A stretch of 64,000 nt of DNA. It comes from Candidatus Aminicenantes bacterium (GTDB lineage Bacteria; Acidobacteriota; Aminicenantia; UBA2199). The position numbers were made by a program, and so were the translations under genes. The stretch's first letter is position 1. The number at the start of each line of letters is the position of its first letter. Below the pieces are notes generated by a model. It made no database searches, had not been told where the DNA came from, and saw nothing but the letters and a program-made list of their open reading frames with translations. This document shows, piece after piece, positions 37,999 through 47,853 of the stretch. The DNA lies in the NCBI GenBank assembly GCA_011049425.1, contig DSBM01000125.1:1553-65552 (forward strand), written 5' to 3'.

Positions 37999-39381
37999 GT
38001 GTCCATGAAACAGAGGACCCATACCCTGTACGAATGCGTGGAATGCGGCTACCAGAGCCCCAAACACTACGGACGTTGCCCCCGGTGTGATGCCTGGGGT
38101 TCATTGACCGAGATCCTGCCGGTGAAGGATTCGTCCGCTTCCGGCGGCCAACGTAGGGGAATTTCGGCAATCCCCCTTGAACAGGTGGATTCGACCCGCG
38201 TAAACCGCCGGGTAACCGGGATACCGGAACTTGACCGGGTGCTGGGTGACGGATATGTTCCCGGATCCGTCATCCTGATCGGCGGCGAGCCCGGAGTCGG
38301 CAAATCGACGCTGCTGCTGCAGATTTGCGGCCAGACCGGACCCCGGGAGAGTCCCATACTCTACTATTCAGGGGAGGAGTCGGACTCCCAGATCAAACTG
38401 CGAGCGGAACGCATCGGCATTCCCGCTACGGGGGTTCATTTGCTGTCCATGGGAGACATGGAAGACCTGCAGGACGCTGTAACCCGCTTGAACCCACGGA
38501 TTCTGATCGTGGATTCCATCCAGACACTCAATGCCGGCGGCAGCACGACCGGAACAGGATCCGTGGCCATGATGCGTCAGGCCACCGCCGCATTGATCGA
38601 AACCGCCAAGGCCGTTGACATGACTGTTTTCATTATCGGCCACATCAACAAAGAGGGGCAGATCGCCGGTCCCAAAACCCTGGAACACATGGTGGACGTG
38701 GTGCTCTACTTCCAGGGAGAATTGAAATCGGACCTGCGCATCCTGCGCTCTGCAAAAAACCGTTTCGGCCCTGTAGATGAACTGGGAGTGTTCCGCATGA
38801 GCGCCGGCGGTCTGGAATCCGTTGCGGACCCCTCGGCCCTGTTCATCCATGGCCGGGAAAACCGCGAACCGGGAGTGGTCATCTTCCCTACGCTCAATGG
38901 ACAACGGGCCCTATTGGTCGAGATCCAGTCTCTGGTATCGGAAAGCCCGTTCAGCGGCAACCCGCGACGCATTTCGGTGGGATTCGACGCATTCCGCACC
39001 GCCATGCTGATATCCGTAATTGAAAAAAAACTGAAGATTCCTTTTTATCAACACGATGTGTTTATCAACGTAACCGGGGGCTTCTCGCTGCGGGACCCGG
39101 CTGCCGACCTTCCCGTACTGGGCGCCCTGTTATCCAGCCGTCTCAACCTGACTTCCCCCCATCCACGAACCATGATCGGCGAAGTCGGCCTGACCGGTGA
39201 AATCCGGCCCACTGCCTGGATCGCTCCCAGAATGCGCGAAGCCCTGCAACAGGGGTTGACCCATTTCATTCTGCCCAAAGCCCAATCCGGAATCCCCGAG
39301 CAACCCGGTATGACGATCCATCCAGTGGAAAACATTTACGAACTCTTTCGCCTGTTGCGTCCGGCCAAAAGCAAGCACTAG
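37999..39381 (+). CDS. radA: DNA repair protein RadA/Sms
   Basis: 460 aa; N-terminal CxxC-x-CxxC zinc finger, RecA-like Walker A GEPGVGKSTLLLQ, KNRFG motif, C-terminal Lon-like domain. Confidence 0.9.
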   Translation: MSMKQRTHTLYECVECGYQSPKHYGRCPRCDAWGSLTEILPVKDSSASGGQRRGISAIPLEQVDSTRVNRRVTGIPELDRVLGDGYVPGSVILIGGEPGVGKSTLLLQICGQTGPRESPILYYSGEESDSQIKLRAERIGIPATGVHLLSMGDMEDLQDAVTRLNPRILIVDSIQTLNAGGSTTGTGSVAMMRQATAALIETAKAVDMTVFIIGHINKEGQIAGPKTLEHMVDVVLYFQGELKSDLRILRSAKNRFGPVDELGVFRMSAGGLESVADPSALFIHGRENREPGVVIFPTLNGQRALLVEIQSLVSESPFSGNPRRISVGFDAFRTAMLISVIEKKLKIPFYQHDVFINVTGGFSLRDPAADLPVLGALLSSRLNLTSPHPRTMIGEVGLTGEIRPTAWIAPRMREALQQGLTHFILPKAQSGIPEQPGMTIHPVENIYELFRLLRPAKSKH

Positions 39382-39559
39382 CCTGCATTTCTCACAAGGA
39401 TTGTCGCGAAATAGCGTAGATGGTTGTAGTGACAAGGCATTCGACAGGCATTATTCGAAGGCATAGCAGCGCTATGGCTGAGAAGAATGACCGAGCACAA
39501 CGCCGTCAATGCGGCCACATCCGCCATTGCAGCAGATTGTTGTGAAAAATGCAGGCTAA
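39380..39559. repeat. palindromic extragenic repeat, long copy with ~130-bp internal insertion
   Basis: Left 32 nt (agcctgcatttctcacaaggattgtcgcgaaa) and right end (tgcaggctaa) match copy at 20542-20583; between convergent radA stop and stop of 39556 gene; CTA end again supplies TAG stop of the minus gene. Confidence 0.7.
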
Positions 39560-41406
39560 TCGTCCGGCCCGTTTCCCGACTTCAGAAATTCCCGCAATCG
39601 TCGTAACCAGGAGCTGTTTGGAAATATTGGTTCATGTTTCAGTACCAGGATATGGTACGATCTTTGGTTCCACTCGATTCGTGAAAATGAGAAGGGGATC
39701 GATTCCAGGTGTTTGACCATGCGTGGAAGCAGGTCTCTTTGATCTTGCGAGGACACCACCAGCACCGTGCGTTTCAACTGGTGAAGAATGCGGTAACGGA
39801 ATATCAGTTTTTGACCACCCGGGCGGTTGGCCTGATCAACCGCTTTGGCACACAGTTTGACGGCTTCCACCAAGAGATCAAAAGGGGCTTCAATGCGGTA
39901 CAATTCATCAAAACTAAAAAAGATGTCTCTCACCAGAAGTTGATTGATTGACTTCAGGGTGTCGTAAAGCTCTCCCAACACCCGCAGATCAATCTCACGG
40001 AACCCCTGGTCAAAATCCCTGAATTTGCCGTATACGGTTTCAATCCTCTTTTTCAGAACGTCAAACACTTCCCGGACATTGGAAAATTCGGCGAACTCTA
40101 CCCGAAGCTTCAGGATGGCCACCTCCACCTCTTGCGTGTAGCGTTTCGGCGGCAGACTCGAAATCACCTCAACTCCACGCAGGGTTTCCAGCGCCGTCAA
40201 CAAGAGGTGCAGACGTCCCGGATCCTCAGCGCGGGCCACCACCACCAACTTGATGGTGATCGAGAAATTCGACTGGTTTTCCACACTCATCAAGACCTGG
40301 GTCATGTGAGTACGCCGCAATTCCAGCATCAGGAACGGGATGATCGCCCGGGCATAATGTTCAAATCCACCAATGGATTTGACGCGCGAAAACGGTTTTG
40401 AAAACGTTGTGTTGACCAGTTTCATCAGGGATTCTTCAAGGTGTTGGATCTGGGTCCCTTTAAGGGGACTGCCGTAACGATCCACAATCTCAAGCCGATA
40501 CACCAACACTCCCTGTTCGTTAACGAAACTCTTGTGGTGTTTGAGGATGTAGCCTGGAACCATGAAGTTGAGGGTGTGCAGGAAATCCTCAACAGAAACC
40601 AGTTCCTCGCGACATACGAATGTGATACCGGTCAAGTGTTCGAAACGGGTCTGAAAGCTTCGTATGCGGATCACCTGTTCCACCTCGCCTCTTCGCAACG
40701 CCTCCTGGAAACGGTGGTTATCGATAATCAGGTCCGCCAGCATGCGTACTGAACGCTCCTCCAGGTACTCCCGGCTCCGGGAAGAGACAAAATACAACGC
40801 TTCGCCTTTTTCTCCAATCAGTTTGTTTAAATCGGGTCCTGGGTAGATGCGGCGAATGCGGCGCACAATCTCATTGTAAATCCCGAATTTGACGGTTTCA
40901 TCATCCAGAAACAGCGACTTGCCCACGCTTCCCACGGCGGCCATGCGGATGCGGCGCACCAGTTTATCTTTCTCTCGCAAAAAATGTTCGTACTCATCGC
41001 GCCGGGTTAAGGTAAATGCCAGGATCACCAGTCCGACCGTCATGGACCGGTAATCCACGGTAAAACCCTTAAGGAAATCGACGTTGCGCGCGGACTGGTG
41101 AACAATCCCCAGAATTGAGTTGGACATACCGGGCCAATCCTCTGCCAGTGCGCCAATGGCGAAGGTGACGGGAAGCCTCGACTCACCGATCTCTTCAATC
41201 AGGATCACCGCCTTTTTTCGCGACTCCTCGTACATGCTGATCAACTGCAAAAGCAGCGCCCGTTGCCTCTCCAGCGGGAACACATGCTGAGATTCCGCGA
41301 TCAGATTCATGCGACGGGCGATCTTGTCTTCAGAAATGTGTACGCCCCTGGACTCCAGTAACCGGCTCAGGCTACGGATTTCAGCGGAATTCAGGTCGCC
41401 TTTCAT
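39556..41406 (-). CDS. hypothetical 616-aa cytoplasmic protein
   Basis: Long uninterrupted ORF divergent from the HU gene; no motif I can assign; weak GS...DDE nucleotidyltransferase-like stretch is not convincing. Confidence 0.55.
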   Translation of the reverse strand: MKGDLNSAEIRSLSRLLESRGVHISEDKIARRMNLIAESQHVFPLERQRALLLQLISMYEESRKKAVILIEEIGESRLPVTFAIGALAEDWPGMSNSILGIVHQSARNVDFLKGFTVDYRSMTVGLVILAFTLTRRDEYEHFLREKDKLVRRIRMAAVGSVGKSLFLDDETVKFGIYNEIVRRIRRIYPGPDLNKLIGEKGEALYFVSSRSREYLEERSVRMLADLIIDNHRFQEALRRGEVEQVIRIRSFQTRFEHLTGITFVCREELVSVEDFLHTLNFMVPGYILKHHKSFVNEQGVLVYRLEIVDRYGSPLKGTQIQHLEESLMKLVNTTFSKPFSRVKSIGGFEHYARAIIPFLMLELRRTHMTQVLMSVENQSNFSITIKLVVVARAEDPGRLHLLLTALETLRGVEVISSLPPKRYTQEVEVAILKLRVEFAEFSNVREVFDVLKKRIETVYGKFRDFDQGFREIDLRVLGELYDTLKSINQLLVRDIFFSFDELYRIEAPFDLLVEAVKLCAKAVDQANRPGGQKLIFRYRILHQLKRTVLVVSSQDQRDLLPRMVKHLESIPFSFSRIEWNQRSYHILVLKHEPIFPNSSWLRRLREFLKSGNGPDD

Positions 41407-41496
41407 GCTAAAATTTTAGTGCAGTGCCCAAATAAAGTCAAAAAATGAACATAACGGAGGATGCGCAAAAAAAATCCTTGGAAATGCGTATTATAC

Positions 41497-41525
41497 TTGA
41501 CTTTCAATTTATTGTTACCTATTAT
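41497..41525 (+). promoter_or_regulatory. sigma-70-type promoter: -35 TTGACT, 17-nt spacer, -10 TATTAT
   Basis: TTGACT (41497-41502), 17-bp spacer, TATTAT (41520-41525), followed by RBS GGGAGGA and the HU ATG at 41545. Confidence 0.6.
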
Positions 41526-41544
41526 GGGCACTAGGGAGGACATC

Positions 41545-41817
41545 ATGAACAAAACCGAACTGGTTAAAGCGATTGCGGAAAAGTCAAACCTTAAGGTCAC
41601 GGACACGGAAAAACTGGTTAACGCTTTCATCGACACCGTTTCCGATGAGCTGAAACAGAAAGGCAAAGTCACCCTGGTTGGCTTTGGTACTTTCAGCGTT
41701 TCCCACCGCAAATCCCGGACCGGCGTTAACCCCAAAACCGGAGCCAAGCTGACGATAAAGTCAAAGGACGTCCCGGTTTTCAAACCGGGGAAAGCCCTGA
41801 AAGATTTGATCAACTGA
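41545..41817 (+). CDS. hup: HU family DNA-binding protein
   Basis: ORF 41461-41817 trimmed to ATG 41545; MNKTELVKAIAEKSNLKVTDTEKLVNAFIDTV...GFGTFSVSHRKSRTGVNPKTGAKLTI = HU/IHF fold with DNA-binding arm. Confidence 0.9.
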   Translation: MNKTELVKAIAEKSNLKVTDTEKLVNAFIDTVSDELKQKGKVTLVGFGTFSVSHRKSRTGVNPKTGAKLTIKSKDVPVFKPGKALKDLIN

Positions 41818-41851
41818 CTACCCGGTTACCCCCAAAAAGTTTCAATGGATC

Positions 41852-41877
41852 CAGAAATCCCCACACGGGGGTTTCTG
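41852..41877. terminator. bidirectional intrinsic-terminator-like hairpin between convergent HU and secretin genes
   Basis: cagaaatcccc-acac-gggggtttctg: 11-bp GC-rich stem, 4-nt loop, followed by T-rich tract on + strand and a weaker one on - strand. Confidence 0.5.
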
Positions 41878-41896
41878 TATATTGGGCAAAAGCGGG

Positions 41897-44035
41897 TTAT
41901 TTGACGTCAACGTTTACCGGAGCCGGCGGCTCCACTTCCACCGCTTCACCGGAATCAGAAAAAGCCTGAAGGCTGGTGATGTGCAAAGCATGATTCCCCG
42001 CCGTGGAAAACCTCGCCTGAACCTGTGCCAGCATTCCATCTTTTCTTGGAGGCGTAAAATTAATGCCGAGGTCAAAGTTTCCCCCTGAAAAGTTCTTCAA
42101 GGTCCGCGCTTGTTCAGGCGGCAGGAAAGAGGTGCTGATCGACATGATTTCCACGTCTCCAGAGGGAAATTCCCCCGCCAGAGACAGGCGGGCCACAGGC
42201 GTGGATACACCGGCCAGGCGCAAAGTAAACAAAACGGGTTGATTCACCCGTACATTGCTGGAAGCCGGGGCAACCAGAACCCGGCCACCCTGTTGATCCA
42301 ATTCCGGCACCACACGGCCCGCAGGCCGCTTCGCCGGCGGTTGAACTGACCCAACGGTTTCTTCCTGGGGCGCATCCACTCGGCCGCCCTCAACCCCCCC
42401 CAACGTATTGGTCCAGATGGTTTCACTGTCCCGGGCCAGTTGCAGGCGCCGACGGATCACCCGGGGAGAAATCGAGAAAATCAAATCCGTCTGATCGAGA
42501 TTCCGGTTCGTACTGCCAAAGAGTTTGCCCAGAATCGGCAGGTGGGCAATCAGGGGGATTCCCTTCATGATATCCCGTTCTTCATCCCGAATGAATCCAC
42601 CGATAATGTTGGTTTCCCCCTCTTTCAGACGAATCACGCTTTTGACTTCGCGTTTGCCCAACACGGGGAATTGATCTACATAACTGGTGACAAAAGTCAT
42701 GGACAGCTCAATCTGCAGGGTGACTTCATCACTCTGATGAACAAAGGGGGTGATTTTGATTTCCAAACCCACGTTTTCGTAACGATAGGTTGTCACGGGC
42801 GTGTTGTTGACACCACCAGCGGCAAAAGACTGGAACTGGGTCTGGGGAATGGGGATCTTGTCTCCCACCATGAAATTGATCTCTTCACCGTGAATGCCGC
42901 GCAGATTTGGCTTGGCGATCAGGCGATTGTCTCCGCTGGTTTCCAACAGGTTCATGGCCACACTTGGGACCGTCAGAAAGAAATTCGTGTCTTTAATGCG
43001 GTCCAGCCGAAAAGTACTGCTGATCGATCCGCTGTCACCTTCAGTTCCCATGTTCAATTCGAACAGGGTGTTACCGAACCCGGCGCCGATCTCCTGCAAA
43101 AGGCTGCGATTGACCTCCAGAATCTCTACATCCAGTTCCACTTCAGCCTTGGCCTTATCCACTTGGGACAGAAATTGTTCCACCTCTTTCAAGGTCACCA
43201 GGTCCGCTTTGACGATCAACGTGTTCAACGCCGCGTCTTCCTGAACCATGGGCCGACTTTCACGGAAAACGCTTAAAACCAGCTTCTTTGCTTCTTCCGC
43301 CTTGATACTGGACAAGGGAAATACCTTGACGCCGCTCAGAGCATATGCCCGGTTCTTATAGGGCGTGTCGCTGAAAATCAGCACCGTAGAAGGGTCCAGG
43401 GCGCGGAATTTTGCCGCGGCCACAAGGCAGAGCTGGTTTAATACCTGGTCAAACGAAACATCCTCTACATCCAGCGAATACACAAAATCACGAAAGTCCT
43501 TATCAAATATGAAATTTACGCCGAAAGACTTTCCCAGCGCCTTGAATATGCGGGTGATCGGCATACTGCGCAGTTTCAGGCTGACCTTTTCCGCCGCATC
43601 CACTCCCAGACGCACCGGAGGCTGGATCTTTGATTGAAACCGTTGGCTGGAAACCTCGTCAGCTCCGCGTCCAAGGTATTCGTCCAATTCATCCTGCAAC
43701 TTCTGATTCCCGGGAAATACCGCCTGTGCGGACCGGTATTCTCTGATGGCTTCGTTTTCTTTGCCTTGCCGGCGCAGCGACCTGGCGCGATACAAGTGAG
43801 AATAGTAACGCGACATGCGCACACGCAACAACAAAGTACGGTACTCCGTTTTCTGCGGGAAGCGTCGCACCAGATCCGTGAAATAGGCTTCCGCCCTGGC
43901 ATAATCCTGCATCCGGGAGTAATCCAACCCCTGCTTGATGCGTTCTTTGTGCAGGGAACATCCGGAGTGAAGCATCAGCACCCCCAGGACTCCACACACA
44001 ACCAAGGCGTTCTTCCAACTCAAATTACTGCTCAT
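41897..44035 (-). CDS. pilQ: type IV pilus / T2SS secretin (PilQ/GspD family)
   Basis: ORF to 44170 trimmed to ATG 44035 (lipoprotein-like signal MSSNLSWKNALVVCGVLGVLMLHSGC); secretin_N repeats and C-terminal secretin domain (NRLIAKPNLRGIHGEEINFMVGDKIPIP, GIPLIAHLPILGKLFG). Confidence 0.85.
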   Translation of the reverse strand: MSSNLSWKNALVVCGVLGVLMLHSGCSLHKERIKQGLDYSRMQDYARAEAYFTDLVRRFPQKTEYRTLLLRVRMSRYYSHLYRARSLRRQGKENEAIREYRSAQAVFPGNQKLQDELDEYLGRGADEVSSQRFQSKIQPPVRLGVDAAEKVSLKLRSMPITRIFKALGKSFGVNFIFDKDFRDFVYSLDVEDVSFDQVLNQLCLVAAAKFRALDPSTVLIFSDTPYKNRAYALSGVKVFPLSSIKAEEAKKLVLSVFRESRPMVQEDAALNTLIVKADLVTLKEVEQFLSQVDKAKAEVELDVEILEVNRSLLQEIGAGFGNTLFELNMGTEGDSGSISSTFRLDRIKDTNFFLTVPSVAMNLLETSGDNRLIAKPNLRGIHGEEINFMVGDKIPIPQTQFQSFAAGGVNNTPVTTYRYENVGLEIKITPFVHQSDEVTLQIELSMTFVTSYVDQFPVLGKREVKSVIRLKEGETNIIGGFIRDEERDIMKGIPLIAHLPILGKLFGSTNRNLDQTDLIFSISPRVIRRRLQLARDSETIWTNTLGGVEGGRVDAPQEETVGSVQPPAKRPAGRVVPELDQQGGRVLVAPASSNVRVNQPVLFTLRLAGVSTPVARLSLAGEFPSGDVEIMSISTSFLPPEQARTLKNFSGGNFDLGINFTPPRKDGMLAQVQARFSTAGNHALHITSLQAFSDSGEAVEVEPPAPVNVDVK

Positions 44036-44477
44036 TTTCATCCACTCCCTGGAAGGGGATCTCGTGTCGCTTCCCATCCACCAAAACAACCATCCGCTTC
44101 TCGTCAAGCGCCTCCACGGATACGGCATCCAACACCTGCTCCCCCTCCGCTGCCACGAAATACTCCCCATCCACGCTGAGGATTGCCGTCAAGTGGCCTT
44201 TTCGCCGAATGAATCCCTCGAAAGCAATGCTGCGACGAATGCGATCTTCTGGATTCTGAGAGGCGTTCTTTTCCCCCTGCGGTACCTGGGGTATGGGCAT
44301 TGGACGTGGGCGCGTCGTTTCCTCGACACGGCTTTGCCCGGGGCGAAAAAGGTCACGATGAATCGTCAGTTCCTTTGCCGGCCCGTCCAGGCGGGAAAGG
44401 TGCACAACCTCCTCAGCGCCCAGAACAGCGACCACACTCAAGAAAAGCACCGCGAACAACCTCTTTTCAGCGCGCAA
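44025..44477 (-). CDS. pilus assembly pilot protein PilP-like
   Basis: 150 aa secreted, positioned between PilO and secretin; assignment by synteny and size. Confidence 0.5.
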   Translation of the reverse strand: MRAEKRLFAVLFLSVVAVLGAEEVVHLSRLDGPAKELTIHRDLFRPGQSRVEETTRPRPMPIPQVPQGEKNASQNPEDRIRRSIAFEGFIRRKGHLTAILSVDGEYFVAAEGEQVLDAVSVEALDEKRMVVLVDGKRHEIPFQGVDENEQ

Positions 44478-44985
44478 AATACGCCTCCATTAAGAAATTG
44501 GCAATCACACCGCTTTCAGTCCGGCGCAGACGCACCGACATCAGATAAACCATTTCAGCCTGGTTTTCCACTCCATGAATCAAGCGCTTGATCGCCGCGT
44601 AGGGTCCGGACAATGAAAACTCCAGGGTCACCCGCTGCAGATTCTGCTGGACCGGGCGCATGCGGTAAGTCAGCCGTAGCGGGGTGAGTCCGCTCTCTGA
44701 AATACGCCGCTGAAGATCGTCGCGAAAAGCGGGAAAACGGTTAAAAGCGGGAATGGCTTTTGTGCGGAATGCATCGAGTTCGGCCGGAACCCTTTTCCAA
44801 GCATCAAGCGTTTCGCGTTTCTTCTTTAGCTGGTTCCGGCGCTGTTGCAGCAGCTGGTATTCCGAACGCAGCCGTTCTGCTGAAGATCCCTTTGCCTGTG
44901 CCATCCCATAACCGGTGACCCAGAATAACAGTGAGCCGGCAAATACGCCTGTGATCAACCATGCCAGAACCCGGAACTTTTTCAT
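44467..44985 (-). CDS. type IV pilus assembly protein PilO-like
   Basis: 172 aa, N-terminal TM then coiled coil and periplasmic domain; ATGA overlap with upstream gene. Confidence 0.55.
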   Translation of the reverse strand: MKKFRVLAWLITGVFAGSLLFWVTGYGMAQAKGSSAERLRSEYQLLQQRRNQLKKKRETLDAWKRVPAELDAFRTKAIPAFNRFPAFRDDLQRRISESGLTPLRLTYRMRPVQQNLQRVTLEFSLSGPYAAIKRLIHGVENQAEMVYLMSVRLRRTESGVIANFLMEAYFAR

Positions 44986-45518
44986 GGTTTGATCCTCAAG
45001 TTGATCGACACCCGGTACTGGCCGTCACGATCCCGGACTTCGCTGTTGACCTCGAGTCGGAAGGCCGACAATTGCCGATACGCCACAATCAGATCGGAAA
45101 AGGATGGCGCGACAACCTCCATCTCCAGTCGCTGCGGCCGGTTTTGGTCAACGGTTAAGCGCTGCAGAAAAACACGACCGGACAAAGCCTTCTCCAACTG
45201 GTTCATGCTGTTGAGAAAAGAGTAGGTTTTGCGGTTGATCAAGGCATTGGCAAAGCGTACCTGAGCATCCCATCGCTTTTGTAATTGTTGGATCTCTGCG
45301 CTGATCGTTTCCATGCGTGCGTTGTGGTTTCGGTCCGCTTCACGCAGGGATCGCATTTCCAGCTTTGCTTCCCCAGACGGTTCACTTTCATGATTCAGCG
45401 CACGCCAGCCATTCCACACCAGGAGTGCGGAGACTCCCAGCAAGAATACCGCAACTCCCCAGAAACGCAACCAATCGGGGCGCCGCGAAGACGCCATGTT
45501 CAAGTCAAGGTGCTTCAT
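44982..45518 (-). CDS. type IV pilus assembly protein PilN-like
   Basis: ORF to 45587 trimmed to ATG 45518 (ATGA overlap with upstream stop); single TM (FWGVAVFLLGVSALLVW) and coiled-coil periplasmic region. Confidence 0.5.
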   Translation of the reverse strand: MKHLDLNMASSRRPDWLRFWGVAVFLLGVSALLVWNGWRALNHESEPSGEAKLEMRSLREADRNHNARMETISAEIQQLQKRWDAQVRFANALINRKTYSFLNSMNQLEKALSGRVFLQRLTVDQNRPQRLEMEVVAPSFSDLIVAYRQLSAFRLEVNSEVRDRDGQYRVSINLRIKP

Positions 45519-46327
45519 CCGGCCCCCGACATGGCAAACGCCGCGCCACCGGGTATTGCGAACGGCGTCAAATTCAGTTGCCGCCATATTTCGGCTTGAT
45601 TGCTAAAAGCAAATTTGGGTCTCCCGGGAAAAAAAGCCACGGAACGGGGAGTTCGGCTGTAGTTGCTTTTTACGTACTCCAGGGTTTTGCGAACCTCCAT
45701 GAGGAACATTTGCTCTGAATCACAGCGAAATTTGCGCATGTAGTAGGGCCGGCTCGATTCCTGGAACACCGCCACACCCAGCTGGTGATCCAGTTCAATC
45801 ATGACCTGGGGAGATTGTTTGCGCATTCCGGCCAGGCCGCCGGCCCACAACCGGTTCATCAACTCCAACGTTGAGTTTCCCAGGAATGTCAACGATGCCG
45901 GGTGTTCACGAAACCAATCCTCCACCCTGCCGGCATCACGCAACGGCAGCAGAACGGACAACAATCGCTTTCCCCCGGGGTGAAGTACGGTATGAATAAA
46001 ATTGGACAGGTCTTCGGGGAAAACTTTTTCCAATCGCCACTGCGCCAATTCACGCTGTTTTTTTGCGCCGCGGGGCAAGTGTTCAAAATCAAAGATATTA
46101 AAGATAAACGGATCGGAACGGAGAAACACACCCCAGGACCGGTTTCCAAGTACCGAAGCCAGGCGGCCGGCATCATCCACGCTCATATTCATCATGCCAC
46201 GGGTTTCAACGGAGTGCATCCGCCGCAGACGGCCCTTTTCTCTGTGAAAGCAATCCAGCTGTCCACTCCCGATTACGCAGTAGCGTGAAGGGCGTGGATA
46301 CGAAAAAAATAACTTTTCTACAACCAT
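45515..46327 (-). CDS. hypothetical cytoplasmic protein in PilM/GspL position (divergent, short)
   Basis: 270 aa between pilB and pilN; shorter than canonical actin-like PilM (~350 aa); function inferred from gene order only. Confidence 0.4.
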   Translation of the reverse strand: MVVEKLFFSYPRPSRYCVIGSGQLDCFHREKGRLRRMHSVETRGMMNMSVDDAGRLASVLGNRSWGVFLRSDPFIFNIFDFEHLPRGAKKQRELAQWRLEKVFPEDLSNFIHTVLHPGGKRLLSVLLPLRDAGRVEDWFREHPASLTFLGNSTLELMNRLWAGGLAGMRKQSPQVMIELDHQLGVAVFQESSRPYYMRKFRCDSEQMFLMEVRKTLEYVKSNYSRTPRSVAFFPGRPKFAFSNQAEIWRQLNLTPFAIPGGAAFAMSGAG

Positions 46328-47853
46328 TCCTTTATGGTTACCCGATTGAGTTCATCCAGGGATGTTCCGCCGCTTTTCACCTTTTCCAGGCCGTTTAAAC
46401 GGATGGGTAACATGCCCTGGGACATGGCCACTCTCTTGATCTCCGACGTGGGTTTTTTCTGCAGAATCATCTCCTTGATATCATCGGTCAGTTCCAGGAT
46501 CTCGCCGATGGCGGTGCGTCCCGAGTATCCCAAACCGCCGCATTCCGGACATCCACCGGCTTCGAACACCTGACGCGGGAAAGATTCCGCGTCAATGCGG
46601 TTGAATTGCAAGTCTTTCTCTGTCAGGCGGACACGCCGGCGGCATTCGGGACAAAGCACCCGCACCAGGCGCTGGGCCACGATGCAATTGAGGGAAGAGA
46701 CAAAACTATAGCTGTCCACCCCCATGTGGATGAATCGTCCCAACACATCGAATACGTTGTTGGCGTGAACCGTGGTAAACACCAGATGCCCGGTAAGTGC
46801 AGACTGGATGGCAATCTGGGCGGTTTCGGGATCACGGATCTCTCCAACCATGATCTTGTCGGGATCATGACGCAGAATGGACCGCAGTCCGCGCGCGAAA
46901 GTCAACCCTTTTTTCTCGTTTACCGGGATCTGTGTAATTCCCGATATCTGGTATTCCACGGGATCCTCAATGGTGATGATTTTATCTTCCGGCTTTTTGA
47001 TCTGGTTGAGCGCCGCGTACAGGGTTGTGGTCTTACCGCTACCCGTGGGGCCGGTCACAAGAAACATGCCGTAGGGTTGGGTGATATAGTACAAAACCAT
47101 CTCCAACAGGGAATCGGAAAACCCCAACTGGCTCAGCTTTAATTCTCCGATATTCTCTGTGATCATCTCCCGGTCGAGGATGCGGATCACCGCATTCTCT
47201 CCGTAGATACCCGGCATAATGGAAACCCGGAAATCGATGGTCTTGTGCTTGAATTTCAAGCGAAAGCGACCGTCCTGGGGAACCCGCCGCTCCGCGATAT
47301 CCAACTCTGAGATTACTTTTAAGCGGGTCAACAGGGGCATGTGATAGAGCGGATCCAGCGGTTCCATAACTTGATGCAGAATGCCGTCAATGCGAAATTT
47401 CACCACAACGGATCCCGCCTGGCTTTCCAGGTGGATATCCGAGGCTTTCTTGTTGACCGCGGAAAATACGATGTTGTTGAGTAGTTGAATGACCGAGTCG
47501 TCCTCTTCGCTCACCTGCTCAATACTGAGGGTTTCTTCCTCTGCTTCGCGGGTGGAACGTTTTTGAAAGAACGTCTGTGTTCTTTGTTTGAGCGCCTGGG
47601 TAAATGTATCACTGCGTTTGAGCAATCGCTCGATCTCATCCCGGTCCGCCGGCATCGGCACAACAGCCTTGCGGACAAAATTCTCCACCAGGGCCACTTT
47701 TTCCAGGTTATTCGGATCCGCCATGGCGATCTGAATGGCTTCGCCGTCGTCCTGCAAAGGGAAAATCAACTGGGCAATCAGAAATTCGGGTGGAAAGATC
47801 GACAACAAATCGTAGTCGATGCGGGCGTCTTTCAAATCAACGGTCGGGTTCAT
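46318..47853 (-). CDS. pilB: type II/IV secretion system ATPase PilB/GspE
   Basis: 511 aa; Walker A GPTGSGKTTTLYAAL, Asp/His boxes, C-terminal CxxC...CxxC zinc motif. Confidence 0.9.
   Translation of the reverse strand: MNPTVDLKDARIDYDLLSIFPPEFLIAQLIFPLQDDGEAIQIAMADPNNLEKVALVENFVRKAVVPMPADRDEIERLLKRSDTFTQALKQRTQTFFQKRSTREAEEETLSIEQVSEEDDSVIQLLNNIVFSAVNKKASDIHLESQAGSVVVKFRIDGILHQVMEPLDPLYHMPLLTRLKVISELDIAERRVPQDGRFRLKFKHKTIDFRVSIMPGIYGENAVIRILDREMITENIGELKLSQLGFSDSLLEMVLYYITQPYGMFLVTGPTGSGKTTTLYAALNQIKKPEDKIITIEDPVEYQISGITQIPVNEKKGLTFARGLRSILRHDPDKIMVGEIRDPETAQIAIQSALTGHLVFTTVHANNVFDVLGRFIHMGVDSYSFVSSLNCIVAQRLVRVLCPECRRRVRLTEKDLQFNRIDAESFPRQVFEAGGCPECGGLGYSGRTAIGEILELTDDIKEMILQKKPTSEIKRVAMSQGMLPIRLNGLEKVKSGGTSLDELNRVTIKEWL

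Noticed and set aside
39474-39545. 23-codon ORF (MAEKNDRAQRRQCGHIRHCSRLL) inside the repeat insertion
   Set aside because: No convincing RBS and too short to support. Kept only as a note within the repeat finding.
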